Of a DNA stretch of 64,000 nucleotides, positions 29,002 to 38,657 are shown piece by piece; positions within the stretch are counted from its first letter, which is position 1, and each line of letters opens with the position of its first letter. Source of the stretch: Nitrososphaeria archaeon (GTDB taxonomy: Archaea; Thermoproteota; Nitrososphaeria; JACIWG01). The notes under the pieces are model-generated. The model did no database searches and was not told the DNA's origin. It saw only the letters and a list, made by a program, of their open reading frames with translations. The stretch spans positions 2,584 through 66,583 of the forward strand of contig JAOAKB010000001.1 in NCBI GenBank assembly GCA_026413865.1. Direction: 5' to 3'. The position numbers were made by a program, and so were the translations under genes.

Positions 29002-30242
29002 CCATTTACAAGATTACTATAAACTTTAATTGTTTCTTCTACAGCATTATCCCATGTGAATTTTTCAAGAACCCTTCTCCTACCATTTTTTCCAAACTGT
29101 CTCGCCCGCTCCAAATCCTCCAAAAGTACATTTATTCCCCATGCAATATCAGATGGATCATAAGGATTAACGTGAACACCACATTGATTTGGTCCAGAAG
29201 GTATAACAATTTCTCTTAGCCCAGAAATACCGCGTGCACCAACAACAACAGGCTTTTCCATACTCATCGCTTCAAGTGCTACTATACCAAAGGGTTCATA
29301 GAGGCTGGGAAATACAGCTATATCACAGGCAGCATAATGTAATATTCTCTCTTCTTCATCAATAAACTCGAATCTTGCCTTAACACATTCGTTTAAACAA
29401 AGATTGGATATAAGGCTAGAATAATATGCTTCATTCTCCGAGGTTCCAACAAGCACAAGCTTAGCCTTAGGATACTTTTCCGTAACATGCTTCATCGCAT
29501 ATATTAGTTTATCAACACCCTTTACTGGAACAAGTCGTCCAACAAATAGTATCATCTGCTCATCATCTCTAATACCATACTTTCTTCTAATGTACTGCTT
29601 AGCATCATCACTAATTGCGTTAGGATCATATTTTTTAGGATCCACTCCATTATATACAACCTGAACCTTTTCTCTTGGAATATCAAGATTGGTAAGGTCA
29701 TCGAGCATCGCATTAGATACAGTTACTATTTTATCTGCCACCCTTCCACCCATCATTTCAAGTTCCACAATTGTCTTTGAACCGTTACCCATACTTCTAC
29801 CTTTCTCAGTAGAATGGAAATGTGTAACAAGAGGAAGCTTTAACTCTCTCTTACTAATGATACCACCAATAAATGATAACCAATCATGTGCAACTATTAG
29901 GTCAAATTCTCTACCATCCAATTTCACAAGCTGGTTAATGAGCTTTGTTGCACACAAAATATTGCTTGTCATTACATTAGCAAAAAATCTTATTCCACTA
30001 CCCCATCGGACAATATCTTCTCTTACAACAGAGGGAAATATGTCTTCAATGTCAACAATAGTCGGCCTATGAACTTCAACACCCCTATACAGTTCATGAG
30101 TCTTTAACTTTCCATCGTTAAAGGTAAATAGACTCACATCGTTACCCCTTGCCACAATCCTTGGAGCGATTTCTGCAATGTAGGATCCAAGACCACCAAC
30201 AATACGTGGTGGAAATTCCCAGCAAAATACTGCAAGCTTCAA
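28998..30242 (-). CDS. glycogen-synthase-like glycosyltransferase (GT-B, GT4/GT5), paralogue of 26551-27720
   Basis: 414 aa with N-terminus MKLAVFCWEFPPRIVGGLGSYI and the E-x7-E block YEPFGIVALEAMSMEKP. It overlaps the galT-like start by 4 nt. Confidence 0.85.
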   Translation of the reverse strand: MKLAVFCWEFPPRIVGGLGSYIAEIAPRIVARGNDVSLFTFNDGKLKTHELYRGVEVHRPTIVDIEDIFPSVVREDIVRWGSGIRFFANVMTSNILCATKLINQLVKLDGREFDLIVAHDWLSFIGGIISKRELKLPLVTHFHSTEKGRSMGNGSKTIVELEMMGGRVADKIVTVSNAMLDDLTNLDIPREKVQVVYNGVDPKKYDPNAISDDAKQYIRRKYGIRDDEQMILFVGRLVPVKGVDKLIYAMKHVTEKYPKAKLVLVGTSENEAYYSSLISNLCLNECVKARFEFIDEEERILHYAACDIAVFPSLYEPFGIVALEAMSMEKPVVVGARGISGLREIVIPSGPNQCGVHVNPYDPSDIAWGINVLLEDLERARQFGKNGRRRVLEKFTWDNAVEETIKVYSNLVNG

Positions 30243-30385
30243 AACTATCCTTTTAGGGTTATATTTGCCTTTTTATAAAAATTTAGAAGCTATCCAATTT
30301 TTGTTTTAGGTTAAAAAAAATTGACAGAATAGTATATTACTTTTCAAGTAAACTTTATTAGTAGTAGTAGAGTATATGATGTGAA

Positions 30386-31699
30386 ATGACATACATTGTA
30401 CTCGCTTTTGAAATTCATCAGCCCAGACGATTAAATAGAATGTTTCCTTATGAGAGAATAAAGAGAATAGCTTCTGGAGAATCTGTGATGGAAAAATACT
30501 TTGATGACAAACTTAACAAAGAAATATTTACTAGAGTTTCAAAAAAGTGCTATAATCCAACATTTGATATACTACTTGAGACAATAAAGGAAACTTCGAG
30601 CACAGATAAACCATTTAAGGTAGCTTTGGGAATGAGTGGAATGTTTTTATATCAGGCTGCATTGTATGAACCACAGTTAATAGAAAAACTGAAAGCGTTA
30701 GTTTCAACAGGAAATGTAGAACTTTTAGGAGGAACATATTATCATTCTCTGGCATCATTATCAAATCTTGGAATGAATGAATTCATATTACAGGTAAAAG
30801 AGCACAAAGATCTTATAAAACAGGTTTTTGGTTACGAAGTGAAAGTCTTCGAAAACACAGAATACATTTACAATGATGCAATTGCAAAAACTATCGAAGG
30901 ACTAGGTTTTAAGGGAATACTAACAGAAGGTGTTCCAAAAATTCTGGAATTGCGCACACCAACATACGTTTACTCAGCCATAGGAGCGGAAAACATAAAA
31001 CTGCTCCTACGTCATTACATTCTATCTGATGATATAGGATTTAGATTTTCATTAAAAACCTGGAGCGAGTATCCATTAACAGCAGAAAAATATGCAACTT
31101 GGCTTTCTCAAACAAGAGGGGATGTGATACTTATAGCAGTTGATATAGAGACATTCGGGGAACATCATTGGAGTGATACAGGCATATTCGATTTCCTAAA
31201 ATATCTTCCAAAAGAGACAGCAAGAATGGGAAATCTACAATGGGCGACTCCAACAGAGGTTATAGACAATGTTCCATCTTCTGGAGCAATAAGTGTGCCC
31301 GTTGAGAAAACTATATCTTGGGCTGACATTGAGAAAGATATTAGTGCCTGGATAGACAATTCGATGCAACGTATTTCATTTGATAGACTATGCAAGCTTG
31401 AACCATACTTAAAAGAAATAAATGATGCAGGCATGTACAAGATTTGGAGGTTCCTACAACAAAGCGACCACTTCTATTATATGTCAACAAAGAGCGGTTC
31501 ACCTGAAGCAGTTCATCAATACTTTAGCCCATTCAGTTCACCAGCAGAAGCATATGCAACATTTGACAGCATATTATCAGACTTTGAAGGCAAAATAGGA
31601 ACATTATATTATAGAATAAAGAAGGCTAAAACACCAGCCACACCAACAACACCATCTCAGCCAAGATATCAACAAACTTATGGAACATACAGTAGATAG
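30386..31699 (+). CDS. glycoside hydrolase family 57 alpha-glucan-active enzyme (amylase/AmyC-like)
   Basis: 437 aa with the GH57 N-terminal signature LAFEIHQPRRL and a catalytic region VDIETFGEHHW. It ends in a P/T/Q-rich tail. Confidence 0.85.
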   Translation: MTYIVLAFEIHQPRRLNRMFPYERIKRIASGESVMEKYFDDKLNKEIFTRVSKKCYNPTFDILLETIKETSSTDKPFKVALGMSGMFLYQAALYEPQLIEKLKALVSTGNVELLGGTYYHSLASLSNLGMNEFILQVKEHKDLIKQVFGYEVKVFENTEYIYNDAIAKTIEGLGFKGILTEGVPKILELRTPTYVYSAIGAENIKLLLRHYILSDDIGFRFSLKTWSEYPLTAEKYATWLSQTRGDVILIAVDIETFGEHHWSDTGIFDFLKYLPKETARMGNLQWATPTEVIDNVPSSGAISVPVEKTISWADIEKDISAWIDNSMQRISFDRLCKLEPYLKEINDAGMYKIWRFLQQSDHFYYMSTKSGSPEAVHQYFSPFSSPAEAYATFDSILSDFEGKIGTLYYRIKKAKTPATPTTPSQPRYQQTYGTYSR

Positions 31700-31757
31700 A
31701 AAGGATTAAGGATTAAAGATTTTTTAACTAAAATCTTAAACCATAAACCGTTGAAAG

Positions 31758-33020
31758 ATGAGGATACTTTACGTTATATTAGATGGGGCAGCGGATAAGC
31801 CGATTCCACAACTGAACTATATAACAACATTAGAGGCAGCATACACACCAAATTTAGACTATTTTGCAAGAAAATCGATTGGAGGACTAGTATATACTGT
31901 GGGAAAAGGTATAGCTCCAGAATCAGATGTAGCAGTATACAGCATGCTTGGATATAAAGTAAAAGAAGGATACATTGGTAGAGGGGTTGTAGAGGCATTA
32001 GGTGCAGGACTTGAGTTCGAGGACGGAAATCTTGCATTAAGAGGAAACTTTGCAACAGTAAATGACAATATGACAATAGTTGATAGAAGAGTGGGAAGAA
32101 CACTTACATCGGATGAAGCAAAAAGTTTGGCTGAAAAAATAAACGAGAAAATAAAATTATTTGATAAAAGAAAAAGTGTTATTGTTAAGGCAACAGTAGG
32201 ACATAGATGCGTAGTAGTGTTTAGGGCAGAAGATACTAGATTAAGTGATAACATAACCAACACAGACCCAGCTTATCTAAAAATGCATGGAATGGGTGTA
32301 GCAGTTACAAGTGGAAAGGAAATGAAGGTTTCAAAATGTGAACCATTAGATAGAACAATAGAGTCAAAAGTTTCTGCAGAATTAGTTAATGAATTTACAG
32401 AAAAGGTATATAATATTTTAAAGGATGAAGAGATAAATAGAAAAAGAAGAGCTGAAGGAAAACTTGAGGCAAATATGATACTATTAAGGGATGCTGGATG
32501 CACATTACCAAAGCTTGTACCATTAGAGGAAAAGTTTGGACTAAAGACTGCAATCGTTGCAGACATGCCGGTTGAGATAGGAATAGCAAAAACACTTAAA
32601 GCAGACGTCTTTACTATAAGCACACCTTTTGCATTCAAAGAAAAAGCTGAAAGGATAACTGAACTACTTAAAGAGTATGGACTCGTTTACGCTCACTTGA
32701 AAGGCCCAGATGAACCGGCACATGATGGAAACTATATTGCAAAAAAGAAAATTATTGAGGAAATCGATAAAGAATTTTTTGGAGTGCTGAAAGAAACATT
32801 AAACCTAAAGGAAACATTATTAATTGTATCATCAGACCATACAACAGCGGTAACATTAAAGGCGCACACAGACGACCCAGTGCCCTTCATTATCTCTTCA
32901 GAAGTTGTTGAAAAAGACATGATTTGTAGATTTACAGAAAAGGAGTGTGCAAAAGGCAGATTTGGTGTATTGGAAGAAGGAAATCTACTACTGCCACTAG
33001 TTAAATCACTAATTAAATAA
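31758..33020 (+). CDS. apgM: 2,3-bisphosphoglycerate-independent phosphoglycerate mutase, archaeal type
   Basis: 420 aa with N-terminus MRILYVILDGAADKP, blocks GPDEPAHDG and SSDHTT, and overall ApgM length and layout. Confidence 0.88.
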   Translation: MRILYVILDGAADKPIPQLNYITTLEAAYTPNLDYFARKSIGGLVYTVGKGIAPESDVAVYSMLGYKVKEGYIGRGVVEALGAGLEFEDGNLALRGNFATVNDNMTIVDRRVGRTLTSDEAKSLAEKINEKIKLFDKRKSVIVKATVGHRCVVVFRAEDTRLSDNITNTDPAYLKMHGMGVAVTSGKEMKVSKCEPLDRTIESKVSAELVNEFTEKVYNILKDEEINRKRRAEGKLEANMILLRDAGCTLPKLVPLEEKFGLKTAIVADMPVEIGIAKTLKADVFTISTPFAFKEKAERITELLKEYGLVYAHLKGPDEPAHDGNYIAKKKIIEEIDKEFFGVLKETLNLKETLLIVSSDHTTAVTLKAHTDDPVPFIISSEVVEKDMICRFTEKECAKGRFGVLEEGNLLLPLVKSLIK

Positions 33021-33097
33021 ATATAATTTTTAATCCGATAAAAATATTGATTTTGTTTAAACATTTTTAAAGAATAAAGTGACAACAGCGTCCCTAT

Positions 33098-34657
33098 ATG
33101 TGGCAACTCATACACAATGGCGTTTACATTCCAGAATATAATCCAGTAGGATTAAGTATAAAATATAATGGAAAAAGGATATTGCTTGACGCTGAGGCTG
33201 AACAAATGGCTTTAGCCTTCGTTAAAAAATTTAATACACCCTATATCAATGATGAAATCTTCGTTAATAATTTTCTTGAGGATTTTTGTAAAAAGGTTGG
33301 AATAGACAAAGTTTACAAAAAAGAAGAAATAGACTGGAGTGAGATAGAAGAGTACATAGAAAAAGAGAAAAGTATAAAAGAGAAAATGGGTAAAGAAGAG
33401 AAAAAAAGATTATCTGAAGAACGTAAAAGATTACGTGAACAGCTTAAGGAAAAATATGGGTATGCAATAGTTGACGGAAAAAAGGTTGAACTACAAAATT
33501 GGACGGTTGAACCAGCAGGCATCTTCCTTTCAAAGGGTAAAAATCCAATCAGGGGAAGATGGAAAAGGGCAGTTAAAAGAAGTGACATAATACTAAACTT
33601 GAGTGAGAAACCAAAGGATCTAGAAGACGGATGGAAGGATATTGTTTGGAAAAGCGACTGTATGTGGATAGCTTGCTGGAGAAATCCAATAAATGGCAAA
33701 ATAAAGTACATATGGTTTTCGCCAAAGAGTAGCTTAAGACAGGAAAAAGAGAAAAGTAAATGGGATAAGGCGATAGAACTTGAGAAAATGATAAAGAAAG
33801 TTGAAAGGTACATTCACAAAAATCTTACAGCCAAAGATATTCTGAGAAGAAAGGTTGCAACTGTTGTTTACTTGATTAAAGAAACCGGTATAAGGGTGGG
33901 TGATGAAAGAATTGCTGGCGAAACAGGTACAATTGGATGTACAACTTTAAAAGTTGAAAACTTGAAAGTGAAAGGAAACACACTTGTCTTAGACTTTGTT
34001 GGAAAAGACTACGTACACTGGTATCGGGAAATAAATTTGCCTCAAAAGGTTTTAAAAAATATTATAAAATTTATTGAAAATACAGAAAATGGTTTAGTAT
34101 TCGATGGAATAAATTCAAGAAAAGTTTCTAAATTTTTACAAGAAGTAATTCCAGAAGTTTCAGCTAAAACTTTTAGGACTATGATAGCTGGACAAACATT
34201 TAAGAAAACTTTAAAGGAAACTAATGGAAAATTTGGAAAAAGTGAGTTTGAGAAAGTGATAAGATTCAAGTACATTAATTTAGCTGTAGCAAAAAGGCTA
34301 AATCATAAAAGAAAACTTCCAGAAAAGTTTGATGAAAAAGTCAAAAAGAAAGAGTTGAAGGTTAAAGAAAAAAAGGCAAAAATAGATTTTATCAAAAAGA
34401 AAATAATTGATGCCAGTGAAAAGAAAAAGAAAAGGCTACTGGAAAGACTAGAGAAGGCAGAAAATGAGTATAGAAAAGCACTTTTAGAACTACAAATATA
34501 CAAGGATACGGCTGAATGGAATCTGAACACTTCACTAACATCATACATAGACCCGAGACTAGTTATAGAATATGCTAGAAAGAATAGGATTCCAATCGAA
34601 AAAATATATTCAAAGAGTCATAGAGAAAAGTTTAGTTGGGCAATAAATGAAAATTGA
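33098..34657 (+). CDS. eukaryote-type DNA topoisomerase IB
   Basis: 519 aa. The catalytic pentad contexts align with human Top1: IRVGDE (Arg), LDFVGKDYV (Lys), AKTFRT (Arg), VAKRLNHKR (His) and NLNTSLTSYIDPR (Tyr). It also has an N-terminal core I-like block (LIHNGVYIPEYNP) and a K/E-rich coiled-coil linker. Confidence 0.93.
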   Translation: MWQLIHNGVYIPEYNPVGLSIKYNGKRILLDAEAEQMALAFVKKFNTPYINDEIFVNNFLEDFCKKVGIDKVYKKEEIDWSEIEEYIEKEKSIKEKMGKEEKKRLSEERKRLREQLKEKYGYAIVDGKKVELQNWTVEPAGIFLSKGKNPIRGRWKRAVKRSDIILNLSEKPKDLEDGWKDIVWKSDCMWIACWRNPINGKIKYIWFSPKSSLRQEKEKSKWDKAIELEKMIKKVERYIHKNLTAKDILRRKVATVVYLIKETGIRVGDERIAGETGTIGCTTLKVENLKVKGNTLVLDFVGKDYVHWYREINLPQKVLKNIIKFIENTENGLVFDGINSRKVSKFLQEVIPEVSAKTFRTMIAGQTFKKTLKETNGKFGKSEFEKVIRFKYINLAVAKRLNHKRKLPEKFDEKVKKKELKVKEKKAKIDFIKKKIIDASEKKKKRLLERLEKAENEYRKALLELQIYKDTAEWNLNTSLTSYIDPRLVIEYARKNRIPIEKIYSKSHREKFSWAINEN

Positions 34658-34664
34658 CAATTTT

Positions 34665-35780
34665 TTATGACACAGGTTCATAGACGATACCAAGCTTTTT
34701 TGCATAAGAATATGCTTCAGACATTTCTTCTGATGAAACACGTCTATAAATGGATTTATATTTTTGAGGAAACTTTTCAACCAAATAGTCTGGATGATAC
34801 TGGCCCATAATATTTACTAAAGCATTAGGAAGATTTTCTGAAACCCACTTTAGTATGGGTTTAGTGCAACATTCTATATGTCCTGGTAAAACAAGATGCC
34901 TTATAATCATATCACCATTTTTTGATGCAATCAAATGATTTCTCGACACTATTTCAAAATAGTTGTCAACTTTAGAAAGAGATTTTGCACAAAGGTCATT
35001 ACCATACTTAAAGTCAGGCAACCATATGTCTATGACATCAGATAAAAGTTCCATCGATTCAATAGAACAGTACAGGTTACTATTCCAAAGCTGAGGAATG
35101 TTATGCTTCAAAAATTTCATTGCCTTAAGTATAGTATGCAAATTTGGAGTCGGCTCACCTCCAACATAATTTATGTTTGCAGCACCACCATCCTTAAGCT
35201 CTTCACAGATAAGAGAAAGTGTTTTTGGAGACACATTTACACCATTTTCTGGATTAGATGAAATATCCCAATTTTGACAGTAAACACATGGGCCAAAGTT
35301 ACATCCAGCAAAAAATATTGTACCCGAACCACCCTTACCTAAAAGTGGACCTTCTTCACCAAAATGGTGAAACCATGTAGAAACCTTTGACGTATATCCA
35401 ACCTTACAGAAGCCTTTATATCCAGCTTTCCTATTAACGGAACATCTATGCTCACAAAATATACAATGCTCTATCATTTTCTCAACTAATTCAATTTTAA
35501 GATCCAAAAAGTTTGGTGAAACCTCTTGCCTCCAATCGATTCTTTCAGAACCATCAACAACTTTTTCATACAATTTAACAAAAACCCTTTTAATCTTTTC
35601 ATGAAGAGACCAAAGCTCTTGTTCACTTAACCCAGTAAAATCTTCAACCAAAATATTTTTGCAGATTAAAAATTTTGCAGGCTTCTCTCCAACCATTACA
35701 CTCCTATACCAAGAAAGCCTACGCTTAACTTCATCATCATACCAAACCGTTTCAGCATCAGGTCTAAAGAACCAAATCAT
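34665..35780 (-). CDS. radical SAM protein, PflX-like (COG1313-type PFL-activase homologue)
   Basis: 371 aa with an N-terminal Cys cluster (CIFCEHRCSVNRKAGYKGFC) and a core FFAGCNFGPCVYCQNWDIS. I re-derived this from the DNA on the minus strand: the Cys spacing is C-x4-C-x2-C. Confidence 0.85.
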   Translation of the reverse strand: MIWFFRPDAETVWYDDEVKRRLSWYRSVMVGEKPAKFLICKNILVEDFTGLSEQELWSLHEKIKRVFVKLYEKVVDGSERIDWRQEVSPNFLDLKIELVEKMIEHCIFCEHRCSVNRKAGYKGFCKVGYTSKVSTWFHHFGEEGPLLGKGGSGTIFFAGCNFGPCVYCQNWDISSNPENGVNVSPKTLSLICEELKDGGAANINYVGGEPTPNLHTILKAMKFLKHNIPQLWNSNLYCSIESMELLSDVIDIWLPDFKYGNDLCAKSLSKVDNYFEIVSRNHLIASKNGDMIIRHLVLPGHIECCTKPILKWVSENLPNALVNIMGQYHPDYLVEKFPQKYKSIYRRVSSEEMSEAYSYAKKLGIVYEPVS

Positions 35781-35863
35781 CTAATTAAAGTTTGTATGTA
35801 GGTATATATAAGTGTCAATCTTAATTAAGAAGTTTCTAGAAAGGTTCAGTTGGTGTAGAATAT

Positions 35864-36064
35864 ATGGTGGAAAGATGCCCAGAATGTGGAGCAATAATGT
35901 CTTATGAAACTTCGACAAAGAGCTATTTGTGTAAATCGTGTGGACTATACGCTACAAAGGAACAGTTAGAAGAATTGCGTGAAAAGATGAGGCAATCGGA
36001 TGAAAAAAGTAGGAAGAAAAAACAGCAAAGCGAGATACTAAGTTGGTGGCTTTCGAAAAAATAA
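35864..36064 (+). CDS. small zinc-ribbon protein with basic C-terminal tail
   Basis: 66 aa with CPECG...CKSCG (a CxxC-x15-CxxC ribbon) followed by a K/E/Q-rich helix. No family recognised with confidence. Confidence 0.55.
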   Translation: MVERCPECGAIMSYETSTKSYLCKSCGLYATKEQLEELREKMRQSDEKSRKKKQQSEILSWWLSKK

Positions 36065-36083
36065 TTCCAAAAGATGGGCTAAT

Positions 36084-36857
36084 ATGAGCAAGTGTAGGAT
36101 AGTCTGTATAGGAAATGAACTTCTTATAGGAGAAGTTATCAACACAAATGCAACTTATATTGCAAAACAATTAAATAGAAAAGGATATTTCGTAGATAGA
36201 ATATTATGTATAAGAGACGATTACAATGAAATTTTATGGGCAATTAATGAGGCAAAAAAGGATTGTGTAAAATATCTTATTCTAACAGGAGGATTAGGAC
36301 CAACCTACGATGATATAACAATTGAAAGTGTTGCAAAAATTTTGGGACGAGAATTAATATTACATCAGGAAACATTAAAGAAGTTAGAAGAAAGAGCCAA
36401 GGCAAGGGGACATCCCCTTGCTGAGGCAAGTAAAAAAATGGCGTATGTGCCAAAAGACTGTAATATCATAACAAACAGTAGGGGAGTCGCGCCTGGAGTA
36501 GATGCTTCAGTAAATGGGTTAAGGATATTCGTACTACCAGGAGTTCCCTCAGAAATGAAGTGTATGATGAAAGAGTATGTGCTTAAGGTTTTACCAGACC
36601 GTGGAAAATATTATGAGAAGAAGATGACTTTAGAGGGCATTGGTGAATCTATGTTAGCAGAAACACTGAAGCAGATTGTAGTAAAATATTCTGACATATA
36701 CTTAAAAACCCATCCAAGACCGTATCGTGGAAAATATAGACTAATACTACACGTATACGTTAGAGATACACTTTCACCTATTGCCATAGAACATGTTAAC
36801 GAGGCAGTAGAAGTTATTAGACAAAAATTTGGACAACACATAATTAAGATAAGATAG
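36084..36857 (+). CDS. CinA-like MoCF-biosynthesis (MoaB/Mog) domain protein
   Basis: 257 aa with CIGNELLIGEVINTNATYIAKQL and LILTGGLGPTYDDIT, typical of the CinA N-terminal / COG1058 family. Confidence 0.8.
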   Translation: MSKCRIVCIGNELLIGEVINTNATYIAKQLNRKGYFVDRILCIRDDYNEILWAINEAKKDCVKYLILTGGLGPTYDDITIESVAKILGRELILHQETLKKLEERAKARGHPLAEASKKMAYVPKDCNIITNSRGVAPGVDASVNGLRIFVLPGVPSEMKCMMKEYVLKVLPDRGKYYEKKMTLEGIGESMLAETLKQIVVKYSDIYLKTHPRPYRGKYRLILHVYVRDTLSPIAIEHVNEAVEVIRQKFGQHIIKIR

Positions 36858-36902
36858 CTTGCAAAAACTTAAATCCATATAATATGGCAGTAAGTTTTGT
36901 AA

Positions 36903-37661
36903 ATGTACACAATATTTTTGACTGGAACAGCCGGTTCAGGAAAATCCACACTCACATCAGTTTTAAAAAAATGGTATGAGGAAAGAGAATCTTATGCAAT
37001 AACATTGAATTTAGACCCTGGCGCAATCAAGCTACCATATGAGCCAGATGTAGACATACGCCAATATATTGATGTCCAGCAAATAATGGAAGAATACGAG
37101 CTTGGACCGAATGGTGCAATGGTTGCAGCATCAGATTTAATAGCGGTAAACTTGTCAAAGGTAATAGAGGAGGTTGAAGAGTATAGGCCAGATTATGTTA
37201 TAGTTGATACACCTGGACAACTTGAACTATTTGCATTTAGGGAAAGCGGCCCTTATGTTGCACACAATCTAAGTGGAGAAGAAAAAGTCGTTTTATTCCT
37301 ATTTGATTTTACTATATCATCAAACCCATTTAACTTTCTGTCCACAGTCTTACTATACAATTCTTTAAAACTTAGATTAAATCTACCACAGATAGCCGTC
37401 CTTACAAAAATAGACATGGACCGAAAAATTGCCAAAAAGATTATGGAATGGTGCACAGAACCAAAAACATTAGAAAAAGATATTTCAATTGAAAGGGAAG
37501 GAGAGAGGTACCTTCTGGCTACAGAAATCTATAGAGCATTTTCTAGACTGTCATTGATACCAGTACCAGTACCAGTTTCAGCAATTACATGGGATGGGAT
37601 GGTAAATTTGGGGTCTGCAATAGCAAACATTCTTAGAGGGGGAGAAGAATATAGCGAATAA
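36903..37661 (+). CDS. GPN-loop GTPase
   Basis: 252 aa with the P-loop GTAGSGKST, the GPN motif (ELGPNGAMV), DTPGQLELF and TKIDM (NKxD-like). Confidence 0.9.
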   Translation: MYTIFLTGTAGSGKSTLTSVLKKWYEERESYAITLNLDPGAIKLPYEPDVDIRQYIDVQQIMEEYELGPNGAMVAASDLIAVNLSKVIEEVEEYRPDYVIVDTPGQLELFAFRESGPYVAHNLSGEEKVVLFLFDFTISSNPFNFLSTVLLYNSLKLRLNLPQIAVLTKIDMDRKIAKKIMEWCTEPKTLEKDISIEREGERYLLATEIYRAFSRLSLIPVPVPVSAITWDGMVNLGSAIANILRGGEEYSE

Positions 37662-37757
37662 TTAGAAAAACAATTTGATGCCCATATTTGTAAATTTTCT
37701 ATAAAAACAAATAATATTTATTTATTAAACTTTGATGGGTTATGGTAAGGACCGTAC

Positions 37758-38615
37758 TTGGAGCCAACAACAAAAATTTTAGAAATAACAGAAAATATAC
37801 AGCAGCTCTTTAACAAAAAAAGAGAGCTTGTAAATGAATTCAATAGGTTAAAGAGTAAACTTGAGGAATTAAACCAGAATATAAAAAATAATAAAAAAAG
37901 ATTAAACGAATTATACTTGAAAAGAGAAGAATTAGATAAGCAGTTCAATGAATTAGTCGACCAAAAGAAAAAACTTATCGAAGAAAAAAATGAAATTAGA
38001 AGCACATTAAACAAGAAACTTTCCTCTTACAGAGATTCTGGAAAAAGGGTAACCTTAGAAGAGATCACTAACCTAGAAAAGAAACTAGAAAGCATAGAAT
38101 GGAAACTCCAAACAGAGCCTAAAGCGAAGGGAATGGAACTTAAGTATGCTGAGGAAGCAGACAAAATACGTAGAGAACTTGCAAAAAAGAAGAAGGCACT
38201 AGAGACAGATAATGAAATAAGAAAATTGAAGGAGGAACTCGAAATACATGATACTAAAATTGATGAAATAAATATTAAAATTGATGAAATCAAAAATAAT
38301 ATAGAAAATTTGAAGAACGAAATAAGACAGGTTAAAGAGGCGTTGGGAACATACATTAGTCAGGAAAAAGAATGTTTTGAAAATATTTCAATCCTTCAGA
38401 ATGAAATTGAGAAGGTTCAAGCGGAACTGAATAAGCTAAGTGCAGAAAAAAAAGAAACAGTGAACAAGATTAGAGAAAAAGAGAATGCGACATACAATAG
38501 AATTTTAGCAAAAAGAAAACAGATAGTAAAGGAAGAGATAAAAAAGAAGTTAGAAAGGGGAGAAAGTCTAACATTCCAAGAACTACAGTTACTTTACGAA
38601 GACGAAAATCAATAA
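37758..38615 (+). CDS. archaeal coiled-coil protein (COG1340-like), function unknown
   Basis: 285 aa, K/E/L/N-rich with continuous heptad-like character. The size and composition fit the uncharacterised archaeal coiled-coil family. TTG start. Confidence 0.7.
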   Translation: MEPTTKILEITENIQQLFNKKRELVNEFNRLKSKLEELNQNIKNNKKRLNELYLKREELDKQFNELVDQKKKLIEEKNEIRSTLNKKLSSYRDSGKRVTLEEITNLEKKLESIEWKLQTEPKAKGMELKYAEEADKIRRELAKKKKALETDNEIRKLKEELEIHDTKIDEINIKIDEIKNNIENLKNEIRQVKEALGTYISQEKECFENISILQNEIEKVQAELNKLSAEKKETVNKIREKENATYNRILAKRKQIVKEEIKKKLERGESLTFQELQLLYEDENQ

Positions 38616-38657
38616 TTTTAAAAAGAATTATATTTTACTAAAAAATTATCTTTTTAC

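Noticed and set aside
33313-34548. Minus-strand ORFs of 166, 77 and 81 aa inside the topoisomerase IB gene.
   Set aside because: They are antisense low-complexity translations of the K/E-rich Topo IB linker and core. The Topo IB frame has all catalytic motifs.
37718-38356. Two minus-strand ORFs (98 and 109 aa) with extreme S/F/L low complexity.
   Set aside because: They are mirror images of the K/E-rich coiled-coil gene (AAA/GAA codons read as TTT/TTC on the other strand). No independent support.
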